Shown here: one piece after another, positions 36,374 through 47,400 of the stretch
Position numbering within the stretch: the stretch's first letter is position 1
Layout of the letters: the number at the start of each line of letters is the position of its first letter
NCBI GenBank assembly: GCA_026391735.1
Contig: JAPLDL010000025.1
Location: 3,164-67,163, forward strand
Direction: 5' to 3'
From: Bacteroidota bacterium
GTDB taxonomy: Bacteria > Bacteroidota > Bacteroidia > Bacteroidales > FEN-979
DNA: 64,000 bases
The notes under the pieces: generated by a model
Database searches by the model: none
Told to the model about the DNA's origin: nothing
The model's input: the letters and a program-made list of their open reading frames with translations, nothing else
Translations under genes and position numbers: made by a program

Positions 36374-39169
36374 ATGAAACGAATTCAGTTGTTGCTTTCT
36401 CTGCTGATGGCTGCCGGTCAGATCAGCGTGCTTACTGCACAGGTTTCATCGGTATCGTTCGACCATAATTCTCCCTTGTCAATCAAAGAATTTAACCAGG
36501 GTAATATCGCAACGTCCCATGGAATTCCATTATTCACCGTGTTAATTGACAGTGTGTTTTATTCCTCAGACTCAATAAAGGCAGAATTCAGGAATGACAG
36601 TATTTTGTTTAAACTGTCTGATTCTGTCGGAGGATTACTTCTCAGAGATCAAACCTGTACACAAGGAATACGATTTATCCTGCGCTTTTCCAACAATGGC
36701 AAGGCATTTCATAAAATTGAAAATCTGGTTCCGCTTGGGGAGGGAAAAGATAAAGTATATATCACTGCCGGTGGAACCAAAGAATGGCCTCATTACCTGT
36801 GCCGGTCTCTGCTTTTTCGTCCGGGGTACGGCCCGATTGGAGTCATCCTGCCCGATAATGCCTGGCATCTGGGCTTCTCAGATATAAAGATCAACGACAG
36901 TGTTTCAATCACAGCATTAGCAAGGAGGACCGGCAGAGATAAGGAAAAAACTTCAGCCGACCGTTGGGCTGTAACCTTGCAGCCAACAGGTTGGGTTGAT
37001 TACAGCCTGTATATAGATTCCCATTCCGGCGATTGGCAGGAAGGGCTCAGGCTCATGTTCCAGCAGCGCTATCTTTACGATCTGGAGAATTTTGATAACA
37101 GCATGTTTGAAAGGAAAGACCTGCAATGGATGAAAGACAAATATATCATACTTCTTCAGTTTGCCTGGGACGATCAATATTATGATTACCGGAAAAAGAA
37201 ATCCACGTTTTATTCATCGCTTACTCAATATGATGAACTTACAGGAGGTTATGACATCTTCACTATATGGCCTACCTGGCCCCGGCTGGGTCTTGACCAG
37301 AGAAACCAATGGGATATGTACCGTGATCTCCCGGGAGGCCTCAACGAACTTAAAAAGCAGTCGGCCTTTACCCACAGCAAGGGTAAAAAATATTTTATTT
37401 CCTATAACCCATGGGATGAAGGTACCCGTAAAGAAGACCAGATGAATGGCATGGAAGTCCTGCTTCGCGCCACAGATGCCGATGGTGTTGTCCTCGACAC
37501 CAAGGGAGAATCAAGCAGGGAACTTCAGGCTTCTGCCGACCGTGTCAAACCCGGAGTAATCATGTACAGCGAGGGTATGGCTGTCCCAAAAGACATGCCT
37601 GGGATAGTATCCGGCCGCGTCCATGATGCACTCGTATTGCCTCCTCCTTTGAATCTGAACAAATTTATCAAACCTGATTTTGCTATTTTCAGGGTATTAC
37701 AATTAGCTGATGACCGGCTGCACCGTGAACTGGCCTGCTCATTCTTCAACGGATACGGAGTGGAGATTAATACTATGAGACCCGGAAGGCCAGCATGGAT
37801 CAGGGAAGAATATGCCTATTTGGGCAGGACTACCAGGATCCTTCGTGAAAACAACTCAGTTTTCCATAATTACCTGTGGCTGCCTATGATCCCGGCTCTT
37901 ACTGATTCAATCTATGTGAATCGCTGGCAGTCGGGCAGCAAAACCTTGTACACGATATACAGCCTGAAACCGGGTGGATGGAATGCACCGCTTTTCAGAG
38001 TCCAACCACCAGGTAGCGGATTCCATTATATTGACCTTTGGAATCATCAGCAGGCGGACCTTGTTCAGGATCAGGGGAATACCGAAGCTAAGGTTTATAT
38101 AGAACCATTCGATAAACGTTTCCTGAACACAAGGATGGAAGGAAATGTTGGCTGTATAGCCCTGTTTCCGCTGTTGATCAATTGCAGGGATATGGGCGAC
38201 ACGATCGTTTTCGGAGCCGGAAAAGGGGATAAGATCCGGGTATTTGGAGAAGATCCTTCTAATAAATCCAGGGGATCAGAGTTTCCTGCCAATGGAGGTA
38301 AGCTACCTTACCGGGATGTGTTCGGGCAGGCCTGTCCCAAACTAGTATTGCAGCTTTTTGAAAAAGATGAGCTGATCGATGAAGCGGTGATCATACCTAA
38401 ACCAGATGTACCGAGACTTGTGTCAGTGCTGAAACGCTCACCGTCTGCCAAAACAACGCCTGCCGGAATGCTTGAGGTTCCCGGAGGAAAATTCAGATTT
38501 TATACGCAAAGAGACCCGCAGTCACAGGATCCCTTCATCGCCTTTCCCAATTACCGCGATACCCTGGTAATAACGATAAAAAAGTTTTATATGGACAAGT
38601 ACCCGGTAACAAACAGTGAATACTACCGTTTCATCCTGGCAACACATTATCAGCCCACAGATACAGCATCATACCTGAAACAATGGACAGACATGCATTC
38701 CCCTCTCAAAGGTGAGGAAAACAAACCTGTGGTATACGTAAGTCCAGAGGATGCAGATGCCTACTGTCGTTTGCAAGGGAAAAGGTTACCGACGGAACAG
38801 GAATGGCAATTTGCGGCTCAGGGAACTGATATGAGAACATTCCCCTGGGGAAATAAAGCCGATTCGGTTCACTGCAATTTCAATCTCAACCATGAAACCG
38901 ACGTCAATACATACCAGAGCGGAGCAAGTCCTTTCGGAGTCGAGGATATGATAGGCAACGTTTGGCAGATGACCAATGATGTCTATTATAATGGAGCATA
39001 TTATTTTACAATAATTAAAGGAGGAAGCTATTATCACCCGACCCAGAGTATATGGTATGTGACCGGAGGGCCAATGCCTGCATTTCATCCCGAAATGCTG
39101 TTGCTTATCTCACCTGGACTAGACAGGAATGCCACCGTTGGGTTTCGCTGTGTTAAGGATGCTGATTGA
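36374..39169 (+). CDS. Secreted fusion protein: large unknown N-terminal region plus a C-terminal FGE/SUMF1 (sulfatase-modifying-factor) domain
   Basis: Start moved to MKRIQLLLSLLMAAGQISVLTAQ (ATG 36374). The C-terminal ~250 aa show FGE blocks YMDKYPVTNSEYYRF, PVVYVSPEDADAYC, RLPTEQEWQFAAQG, FPWGN, GNVWQMTND and GFRCV. Confidence 0.85.
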   Translation: MKRIQLLLSLLMAAGQISVLTAQVSSVSFDHNSPLSIKEFNQGNIATSHGIPLFTVLIDSVFYSSDSIKAEFRNDSILFKLSDSVGGLLLRDQTCTQGIRFILRFSNNGKAFHKIENLVPLGEGKDKVYITAGGTKEWPHYLCRSLLFRPGYGPIGVILPDNAWHLGFSDIKINDSVSITALARRTGRDKEKTSADRWAVTLQPTGWVDYSLYIDSHSGDWQEGLRLMFQQRYLYDLENFDNSMFERKDLQWMKDKYIILLQFAWDDQYYDYRKKKSTFYSSLTQYDELTGGYDIFTIWPTWPRLGLDQRNQWDMYRDLPGGLNELKKQSAFTHSKGKKYFISYNPWDEGTRKEDQMNGMEVLLRATDADGVVLDTKGESSRELQASADRVKPGVIMYSEGMAVPKDMPGIVSGRVHDALVLPPPLNLNKFIKPDFAIFRVLQLADDRLHRELACSFFNGYGVEINTMRPGRPAWIREEYAYLGRTTRILRENNSVFHNYLWLPMIPALTDSIYVNRWQSGSKTLYTIYSLKPGGWNAPLFRVQPPGSGFHYIDLWNHQQADLVQDQGNTEAKVYIEPFDKRFLNTRMEGNVGCIALFPLLINCRDMGDTIVFGAGKGDKIRVFGEDPSNKSRGSEFPANGGKLPYRDVFGQACPKLVLQLFEKDELIDEAVIIPKPDVPRLVSVLKRSPSAKTTPAGMLEVPGGKFRFYTQRDPQSQDPFIAFPNYRDTLVITIKKFYMDKYPVTNSEYYRFILATHYQPTDTASYLKQWTDMHSPLKGEENKPVVYVSPEDADAYCRLQGKRLPTEQEWQFAAQGTDMRTFPWGNKADSVHCNFNLNHETDVNTYQSGASPFGVEDMIGNVWQMTNDVYYNGAYYFTIIKGGSYYHPTQSIWYVTGGPMPAFHPEMLLLISPGLDRNATVGFRCVKDAD

Positions 39170-40121
39170 TTTTCAGGATCCAGGCTCCCTTGTTTTTAAC
39201 TTTGACTTCTTTTAATTTAGCTGTGGCTTCGGTTCTGTCAAAGGTCTCGAATACCGAAATTCTGGCTTTGCCTTCCTTGGTAAGGCTTTTACTTAAAGGG
39301 AATCCCTGTTCGGAATAAAATTTTACAAACTTTGCACTATCCTTGAAAAGGACATTGCTTTTCACGATAATATAATATTTCAAATGACCTGCTTTGGAAG
39401 TATCGGGTATTGTGCTGTCAGCTACTGGTGGCGGTTTGACAGCGACAGCGACAGCTGGAACCGGCTTTTTTACTGCTTCTTTCTTTTTTCCGGTATCATA
39501 TGAAACGGTGATGGCTGGGTTCTCGCCAACCAACAATGGGGGGCCATATGGATCGGGAACCTGCCCGAACCATGCGCAAGCATAATTTTCATAAATCCCT
39601 ACCCCGATAGCTTCCCATTTTTTTCCCTGCCACTTACCGGTATTCATAAGAAAGCTGTTGAAGTAGTCAAGTGTTTTCCATAAATTGATAACACTATCGA
39701 TATCTACCTGGTTATTCTCCCAGTAAACAATTTCATATCCTTTATCTTTATAAGGAGTAAACTCTTTTGGCTTGTCCCATACCGAATTTTTCTTGTTCTC
39801 ATCTCTGGGATAACAAAATGGTTTCCAGGGTCCTTTATCAGACCACGAATGAGAATTACAGGGTTCCTGGTCGGGGTGATGAAAGAAAAGATCTTTAACA
39901 TGGGCAGAGGCAACATAACAAAGCGATACAGACAACGGGATGGGGGGGAGGTCATACCGCACGCGGTAATCGTTGATCATCCTGTACAACCTCATCTCTT
40001 CCTCGCTGACCCTAAAATTGCCGGGAATGGTGCTGACTTGTTTCTGAAATGGCTGGGCGTTGCCGGCCAGGGTAAGAAACAGCAGGAACAAATAAAGAAA
40101 AGCAGTAGTATTCCTCATCAT
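39153..40121 (-). CDS. Secreted CAP/SCP-domain protein with a C-terminal SPOR-like domain
   Basis: 322 aa with a signal peptide. The N-terminal MINDYRVRYDLPPIPLS...ASAHVKD is CAP-like. The C-terminal YYIIVKSNV...ISVFETFDRTEATAKLKEVK is SPOR-like. Its 3' end overlaps the convergent FGE gene by 17 nt. Confidence 0.65.
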   Translation of the reverse strand: MMRNTTAFLYLFLLFLTLAGNAQPFQKQVSTIPGNFRVSEEEMRLYRMINDYRVRYDLPPIPLSVSLCYVASAHVKDLFFHHPDQEPCNSHSWSDKGPWKPFCYPRDENKKNSVWDKPKEFTPYKDKGYEIVYWENNQVDIDSVINLWKTLDYFNSFLMNTGKWQGKKWEAIGVGIYENYACAWFGQVPDPYGPPLLVGENPAITVSYDTGKKKEAVKKPVPAVAVAVKPPPVADSTIPDTSKAGHLKYYIIVKSNVLFKDSAKFVKFYSEQGFPLSKSLTKEGKARISVFETFDRTEATAKLKEVKVKNKGAWILKINQHP

Positions 40122-40245
40122 CTTTTCAACATCACTTGTTCAGTTTTTCAGCCGGTTCAATGCAAAATACCATACCTGATATTTCTTGTCCGACAACTGT
40201 TGTACGAGAATTCCGATAAATAGTTACCTGTATTATTTGCCCTGT

Positions 40246-42399
40246 TCATTTTTGTTTACCCTGGTATTCCTCGATGAGCAAACGTGCAATAATGGAATCC
40301 CAGATATAGTTGGGTGGTGAATTGAGCACTTCGTTATCGGCACTGAATGATTCCCAGTAATTGTGATTTTTCTTTAGTTGTCCAACAGCGGCATTCAGCA
40401 TCTTTCCAGCAAGCTGGTGAGCCAGGTCGGTATAGCCATAATCCCGCAGCCCTTCATAAACCATATAATCCCACAGGAGCCATACAGGCCCATTCCATTT
40501 ACAACAATAATCGACATAGGGACTATACCATGGGTCCCTGGCCGATAATGTTGGCACTCCGTATCGCCTCCAGAACTTTGTGGTATCGGTGAGAGTTTTT
40601 ACCAGTTTCTCCGCACGGTCCTTTGGAGCGGCATCAGCCCAAAGTGCAAGAAAGCCAATGATCTCCTGCCTTCTGAGGTCTCTGGTCATAAAATACCAGC
40701 TGTGATTGTTTTTATTGACTGAATAGTAAAAACCTGTACTATCATCCCACATCCTTTTATTAACAAGTCTGACGACAGCATCGGCCCTTTCTTTCCACTT
40801 CCTGGATTCCTGCATTTTACCCAGCGCCTCCGCCATCTGTGCAAGGGATCTTTCTTCCTTGACTACCATGAGCGTTAGATCCAGGCATTCCAGCTCATCT
40901 GAAATATCTTCCTTGTCCACATCCAGGTATCGCTCGGCAGAAACCTGAAATACTGCATTATACCAATCCCTCACATTTTCTATGATTCCGTATGGGCCCC
41001 ATTCAAATGTGCTGTCATGATCGGTATCCCTGTTTTTAATCAGCCATTCCACGTAATTACTGCCCGAGACATATGCATCTACAAGGAAATGTCTATCCTT
41101 GCTCACTTTATATACCTCCCAATTGATCCAGTTGTAGAACGGCGCCGAAGTAGTCGGCATGTTTTTATGAGGATAATCCTGCATACCTCTGGGTCCGTTC
41201 CTGTATGCGATAAAGCCATCCTCCCTCTGTTGTTCCATGTAGACTCTTTGAGAGCCCTCAGCCGACTGGGGATCCATATAGGCATAGGCCAGCATACTTA
41301 TTGATTCGTGCAATACCTGGTGACCGTGACCCCAGCCCCATAAAGGATTGCGCGAAAATGCATAGGAATTGTAATTTGTTTTTCCAGCAGGAGGATACAT
41401 GCATCCTCTCACCAGGTTGAAAGCCCCCAGGTAAGCGATCTTTTCATCCCTGGTCCTGAAACTTATTCTTGGGATTTTTGAAAACAGGATAAGATTGTCC
41501 TCAAAAAACGTTTTTAGTATAGTCTGTTTTATGGTTCCCATGTCGTTCAGCAACAGGTCCTGGTCCTCATCCCGGCCCTGGAAACCCCTGAGAACCCTGA
41601 ATGAAACAGCCTGGCCTGGTTTCAGAATCTTCTTAAAATTCAAAGCAACGAACCGGCATAACCCTTGTTTCCTTTGATTCAGGGTATCACTTCTCCTGTC
41701 GGAATAGAAATCGGTTTTAATAGTATTGTAAAAACCGGAAAGATCACCAAAATAAGCTCCAAATGTATACGGGGCGGGACTGGATGTGAAAAAATCACGG
41801 ACCCTCGTCGGGTAACCGTATTCCGTTTTAAGGCTGCTTATCAACCGGTAAGGGCTTTCGTAACGGTTAAGAATATATGCCTTGTTAACAGGATCAAATT
41901 GCATTACTTCTGCTGAATCGTTTTCTGCTTCAAGAACTGGATAAACAGAAACCTCATGGCTGATCATATCAGTATTGGTCACTTCAAGATCAATTACAGC
42001 GATCGTTGAGCTGTACACAAGAAACGTTTCCTTAACATGAACTCCTCTGAAAGGCTCATACTCCATGATTGCCATATCGGGAAATGAAAAAGAAACTACA
42101 GGTTTTTTGAAATATTCCGACATCCTTCCAACAACGACCTGGTCAATTTTCCACAGGCAGTAAATCCGCCCGGCATGATCACTGGAATAATTCACGGGCA
42201 TGCAGCAAGAATAATAATCCATTTTATAGGCTTTATCACCGTATAATCTGGATCTTGCCATGGAGGCTGCATAAGTGGTATATAACGGATCATCTGCCCG
42301 GGCGTCGATCCTCATATAATCTTCAACTGGTTTGAAATTCTGGTTATAACCCTGAATTACCAGCAGAATAAACATGATCACACTTGATATTGTTTTCAT
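40246..42399 (-). CDS. (alpha/alpha)6-barrel glycoside hydrolase, GH63 / MGH1-like
   Basis: 717 aa with a signal peptide. Blocks seen are WGWGHGHQVLHESISMLAYAYMDP, WNGPVWLLWDYMVYEGLRDYGY and NYWESFSADN. It is a paralog of the upstream gene. Confidence 0.75.
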   Translation of the reverse strand: MKTISSVIMFILLVIQGYNQNFKPVEDYMRIDARADDPLYTTYAASMARSRLYGDKAYKMDYYSCCMPVNYSSDHAGRIYCLWKIDQVVVGRMSEYFKKPVVSFSFPDMAIMEYEPFRGVHVKETFLVYSSTIAVIDLEVTNTDMISHEVSVYPVLEAENDSAEVMQFDPVNKAYILNRYESPYRLISSLKTEYGYPTRVRDFFTSSPAPYTFGAYFGDLSGFYNTIKTDFYSDRRSDTLNQRKQGLCRFVALNFKKILKPGQAVSFRVLRGFQGRDEDQDLLLNDMGTIKQTILKTFFEDNLILFSKIPRISFRTRDEKIAYLGAFNLVRGCMYPPAGKTNYNSYAFSRNPLWGWGHGHQVLHESISMLAYAYMDPQSAEGSQRVYMEQQREDGFIAYRNGPRGMQDYPHKNMPTTSAPFYNWINWEVYKVSKDRHFLVDAYVSGSNYVEWLIKNRDTDHDSTFEWGPYGIIENVRDWYNAVFQVSAERYLDVDKEDISDELECLDLTLMVVKEERSLAQMAEALGKMQESRKWKERADAVVRLVNKRMWDDSTGFYYSVNKNNHSWYFMTRDLRRQEIIGFLALWADAAPKDRAEKLVKTLTDTTKFWRRYGVPTLSARDPWYSPYVDYCCKWNGPVWLLWDYMVYEGLRDYGYTDLAHQLAGKMLNAAVGQLKKNHNYWESFSADNEVLNSPPNYIWDSIIARLLIEEYQGKQK

Positions 42400-44480
42400 T
42401 TTACCGAATATTCGTCCAATAACATTCTCGCTGCAATCCCTGCCCAGATATAGGTTTTATTCCATCCGGCCTGGTGCTCATCGGCACTGTAGAATTCCCA
42501 GAATACATGATCCTGTTTAAGATGCCAGATCATGTTATCCAGCACTCTTGATAACAGTTCCGATGCATCCCTAGTATACGAGTAATCTTTAAGTCCACGG
42601 TAGATCAGGTAGTCCCATTGTACCCATACAGGTCCGTTCCAGTATCCGATGGGATTGTAATAGGCTGATTTTGCCGTAAGCGAAGGGATGCCGTAAGGCC
42701 TCCTGAATTCCAGGGGGTCTCGCAAACTCCTCAGCAATTGACCGGAATGTTCCACGGAGCTTACCCCGGCCCAAAGTGGCAGGAATCCAATGATTTCCTT
42801 AATCTTTAAATCATTGGGTTTACGAAAAGTAAAGCCCTGGTCCATTTTGTTTATGTTATAATAAAAACAGCTCAGGGTGTCCCACATATAATGCTCTATA
42901 AGGGCCGACCTCTGTTTAGCCAGATCTTCCCATAGTTTTGCATCTGAAGCCTGGCCAAGCGTCCGGGCCATTTCCGAGAGTGACCTGGCTTCCCTTACCA
43001 ACATGGAGTTGACATCGGGACCCTCAAAATTCATAGGTCTTCCTATGTTATCCCAAACGGCAACCCTTGCATCTCGAACCGATTCAAGCTCTCCTTCTGC
43101 GCCCCATTCACATAAACCATTCCTGTTAGCATCCCTGTTCTTAACAAAATAACTGTAGAATTTCTTTCCTGAACTGTAGGCCTCCTTCAGAAAATTCCTG
43201 TCCCTGCTTATTTTAAACACTTCCCAGTTTATATAATTGAACCAGGGGGCGGATGTCGTTAATTGGTTCGCATAGGGGATGGTTTCGTCAAGATAAGGCC
43301 CTGTGCGGTAATTGATGTAGCCATCAGGTTGCTGCCTCTGCATAAACACTCTTTGTGAATTCATAGCGCCTGCCGGATCCATATAAGCATACGCCAGCAT
43401 GCTCAGGCTTTCATGGAACACTTGTCCACCATATCCCCATCCCCATTTGGGTTCCCTTGAGAATACATAGTAGTTTACCCTGCATTTTCCCTCTGGTGGC
43501 ATCATGCATTGCCTCATAAGCGAAAAGCAGCTCCAATACAACATCTCATAATCTCCTGATGGCAGGGTGATTTTTGGTATTTTACTATATATCCGCTCAT
43601 CTTCTGCTATTACCAGGGAGGGATCAGCATTGTTCAATGATGCTAATTTCCTGAAGCCTTCAGGCTTTCTTACGCTTACCTCTTCAAGGTACACCTTCAT
43701 CCTGAAACTGGTCGACTCCCCGGGTTGCAGCCTGATTCTCCTGAATCCTGCGGCTAAAACCCAGTAGGGTTGGCTGCCTGGTCTCAGCTGAATGCTTCGG
43801 CGGATGTCATCCGCAGGTCCAATTGGCTTTGAGGATTCTGATCCGGCTTTAAAAGCCGAATAAACCATTGAATCAAGAAGCAATCCGGGCGAAAAAAAAG
43901 CCTGCAGATCTGTTGAAAACGGGATTCTGAGTTCCTTCATCCAGGAATCAGCTTTTTTAATGAGGGGATAACAATATCCCTCACACAGGTTATCATGCCC
44001 AAGGTTAACTGCAGAATCAGTTGAGGGATAATAATGATACGGAATGAGCAGAACCTCCTCCATGTTCTTCCCGACGTTCTTCACCATAATTTCCATGAAC
44101 GAACCGGAAGATGAAAAAACATCAAATGAAACATCTATCCGGATGTCTTTGAACGGAAAATATTTGTATTTTAATATATCACTATATGAAGTTGTTATAA
44201 CAGGTTCATTGAATAATTCCTTTAACTTGAACCTGACCTCTTTTCCCAAGCCTATTGCAAGCCCGAAATTCGGTCCGTCGGAGGAGATCATCTCTACACC
44301 CCGCTCAGTATCGTTGAATAAAAGCTGGTAGCCCTGGTCAAGTTTATATGAAGATCGTGAAAGCGGGGCAGCATAGGTCGTGAACAAAGCATCAGAACGA
44401 GTAGCCTGAAGCTTTGAAAGGAACTGGGCCGGGCTTTGAAAATACGGTATAAGCAGAACGATGAATAAAAGCTTTTTCAT
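42396..44480 (-). CDS. (alpha/alpha)6-barrel glycoside hydrolase, GH63 / MGH1-like (paralog)
   Basis: 694 aa with a signal peptide. Blocks seen are WGWGYGGQVFHESLSMLAYAYMDP, WNGPVWVQWDYLIYRGLKDYSY and VFWEFYSADE. It has 4-nt overlaps with both neighbours. Confidence 0.75.
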   Translation of the reverse strand: MKKLLFIVLLIPYFQSPAQFLSKLQATRSDALFTTYAAPLSRSSYKLDQGYQLLFNDTERGVEMISSDGPNFGLAIGLGKEVRFKLKELFNEPVITTSYSDILKYKYFPFKDIRIDVSFDVFSSSGSFMEIMVKNVGKNMEEVLLIPYHYYPSTDSAVNLGHDNLCEGYCYPLIKKADSWMKELRIPFSTDLQAFFSPGLLLDSMVYSAFKAGSESSKPIGPADDIRRSIQLRPGSQPYWVLAAGFRRIRLQPGESTSFRMKVYLEEVSVRKPEGFRKLASLNNADPSLVIAEDERIYSKIPKITLPSGDYEMLYWSCFSLMRQCMMPPEGKCRVNYYVFSREPKWGWGYGGQVFHESLSMLAYAYMDPAGAMNSQRVFMQRQQPDGYINYRTGPYLDETIPYANQLTTSAPWFNYINWEVFKISRDRNFLKEAYSSGKKFYSYFVKNRDANRNGLCEWGAEGELESVRDARVAVWDNIGRPMNFEGPDVNSMLVREARSLSEMARTLGQASDAKLWEDLAKQRSALIEHYMWDTLSCFYYNINKMDQGFTFRKPNDLKIKEIIGFLPLWAGVSSVEHSGQLLRSLRDPLEFRRPYGIPSLTAKSAYYNPIGYWNGPVWVQWDYLIYRGLKDYSYTRDASELLSRVLDNMIWHLKQDHVFWEFYSADEHQAGWNKTYIWAGIAARMLLDEYSVK

Positions 44481-47400
44481 TTCAGGTAGATCTTTAAAGG
44501 AACCTCTGTATACTTCAGACCATTTTCGGGAAAATATACCATGATGTTGGAAACATTTCCTTTTTTTGATAGCAGGGTCCCGTTTTCGATATGGTCAATA
44601 TCCTGGTCATTGATCCACACACTGACCTCAGCAGAGGAACCGGACCTGTTCTCAGCAATAACAGAATAGACCTTGCTGTCAAGCTGCTGGTCAATGATCC
44701 TGAGACCTTCCGATGAATAGCCGGGTTTGGCATCCCCCGTTACCGGCAGGACAGCTATCCCGTTCCTGAATTCCAGTTCAAGCATATCCACACCGTCGGG
44801 TATGAATTCCATCCTTACACTGACACCCCTGGCGGAACTTGCTATTGTAAACGGGATCTCTTTCTGGTTCAGTTTACAGCTTATGATACTTGTTCCTGCA
44901 GGTAATAAAGGAGCAAATTCCAGGGTCATGGTTTCATGATATACCGATGTAAAACGGTAGGAGAGTTTATCCTTACTCTTTTTAAACTTCATGTTTAGGA
45001 ACCTGTCGCCGATCCTGATATTCCTGGTTTCAAGTGAATCCCATCCTGCAGGCAGGGCAGGGGCAAGCTTAAGTCTTCCTTTTACTGCGTCAACATCCAG
45101 CCCAAGAAGCCCTTCAAGGACAGGCTGTAAAACCATGGTCTCTGACCAGCATTGGTTTGAACATACCCCCGATGGTTTGTAAACCGAACCATTCAACACT
45201 TCCTGCACATGCCCCAGGGCCCAGGAACTGTATATATTAAGGTTGCTCATCATATGAGAAAAACCCTGAACCGTATTGCCATATCGGTACTCGGCCATGG
45301 AAGTCCAACCGGTGAACAGGGGCCATACGCTTCCGTAATGATACCCGGTGGGTTTAAACAAACGGCTGTCATCCCTTATGATCCTCACACCCCAGTTGGC
45401 AGAAAAGGAATTGGAGGCAAACTGTCTTAATACAAGGCCCGCCTTTTCAGGATCTGCGAGTCCGAACCCGAGAGGAACCGCTGGTAATACAGTAGGTTCA
45501 GAGCGGAAACTGCCATCCGCATTCTTTCCATAATTAAAAAAAGAGGTGCTCTGGTTCCAGAAATCCCTGTTGATAATCCCATGCACGACTTCCGCCTCAT
45601 CTTTGTACCTGCCCTTTTCCATGTCTTTCATGAATGTGGCCATATTTGAAGCCTCTTCGAGAGCTTCATCCCAGCAACCGGCCATATAGAAAGTGGCATG
45701 TGAGCCATAAAGCTCGCCTCCTTCGACCCAGCCATGGCCTACATTGGTATTCTCTATGAGATGGTCTTTATCGGTATCGGTTGAAAAACAGAAATCAATG
45801 GCTTTTCGGATCTGAGGCCAGCTCAGGCGTAAAAAAGCAGTATCGTTAGTAAACCTGAAATATCTTCCGGCCAGAATAATATATAAAGGTGTAGCATCGG
45901 AGGCATCGTAATGGACAATACCCGAAGTGCTGGCTTCATGCAGGATCTTCCCGTTCAGGTCCTGGTATTTCTGGTAAAATTCAAGTTCCGACCTTACCTT
46001 TTCATAATCTCCAGCATCCAGAAGGGCCAACCCGCTCCATTCGCCATCCCGTCCAAAATACCAGGCATACCCTGGTCTTCCGCTGACTTTCTGTGCTCCG
46101 TCCCAGCCGAACCTTGTAGTCGCATAGCCTGCAACCAGAGATTTTCCCATACCCGGGGTATTCACGAAGAATTTATCGGCCGAAACCAGAGCCCAGAGGT
46201 AACCCCGGTTAAAGTTTGCATCGGGTGATGTGATCACCAGGCGGTGTTTAAACAGACCGGCAGCGTGGCTGATCGAGTGCTGAAAAATTTCCCCCGGTGC
46301 AACTGAATACTTTTCATAATATTCAGCAATCGCTTTGCTTCCTTCGTTTCCCGCAGCATAAACCACGTCGATCTGGTCATTCATTTCAAGCCTGTAGTGA
46401 AGGAATGTTGCAGCCTGGAAATCAGTTGAAGGAATTCCAGAAGCTTTGTAATTGTTATCGATGGCAAAGCCTGAGAATTGCCCTGAGAGTTGCTGGGAAA
46501 CCGGTTTGTTCGCTCCCACGAAAACATTCAGCATCCCCGTTTTATCTGAAAATTTCATCGCCTGGATCCCGTTAAGCCAGCTATGGCAGATACTGCCAGT
46601 GGCTTTTTCTGAGTAAGGCCACATCAAACGTAAATTGGATTTAAATCGTATAAACATCTCCGCCCCGTAAACTCCTCTGTATTCATAATGAAGAACTCCT
46701 GCCGGATCTTCGGGATCACTAACAATGATCTCTTTTAAATAAGCTCTCGGGAACTTGTATTGCCTGCAGAAATAAGAGGGGTGAGCGATTACTTCGGGGC
46801 GTTGGTCGTTCAGCCAGTAAATGGTATCCTTGTAATCGAATTTCAGTCCCACTTCATAATCCCTGAATGCCATAAACGGATGGGCCCATACCTCTTCAAT
46901 ACCCCCATTCCCGGTTCCCATGGTCAGAATCCGTTCACCTGCAACGTCCCAGGGGTCAACTGATGAATACCTGCGTTCTAAAGCCAACGGGTCCTCCGGC
47001 TCCATCCAGCAAACCCCCGGTTTGATCATTGATGACGGGCTCTTCATGGTATCCCCGGTACATTCGGAAATTGTATTCCCTAAGTAATCCCAGTAACAGA
47101 TATTTTGTCCCTGCAATTTACCCGACAAATATTCAATGCAGTTCGTTGTGAACTTTTTAAGGTGGAGACTGTTAAGATTAGGCTGTGAAAAATCCATATA
47201 CCCGCCAACGGCAAGTACCCGTCCTTTCCCTGGGGTGTATTCCAGAACAATTTTTGATTCCTCCCTGAGGAAAATGTAATCCCAGTCAACAGCGACTACT
47301 TTGCCGTTTGCAGGAAGTTTTTCACCAAAGTACCCGCAAAGCCCAGTAGCCTGATCGGTTAAAGGCTTTAAAATATAGGCTCCCCCGTTCAATCCCGAAA

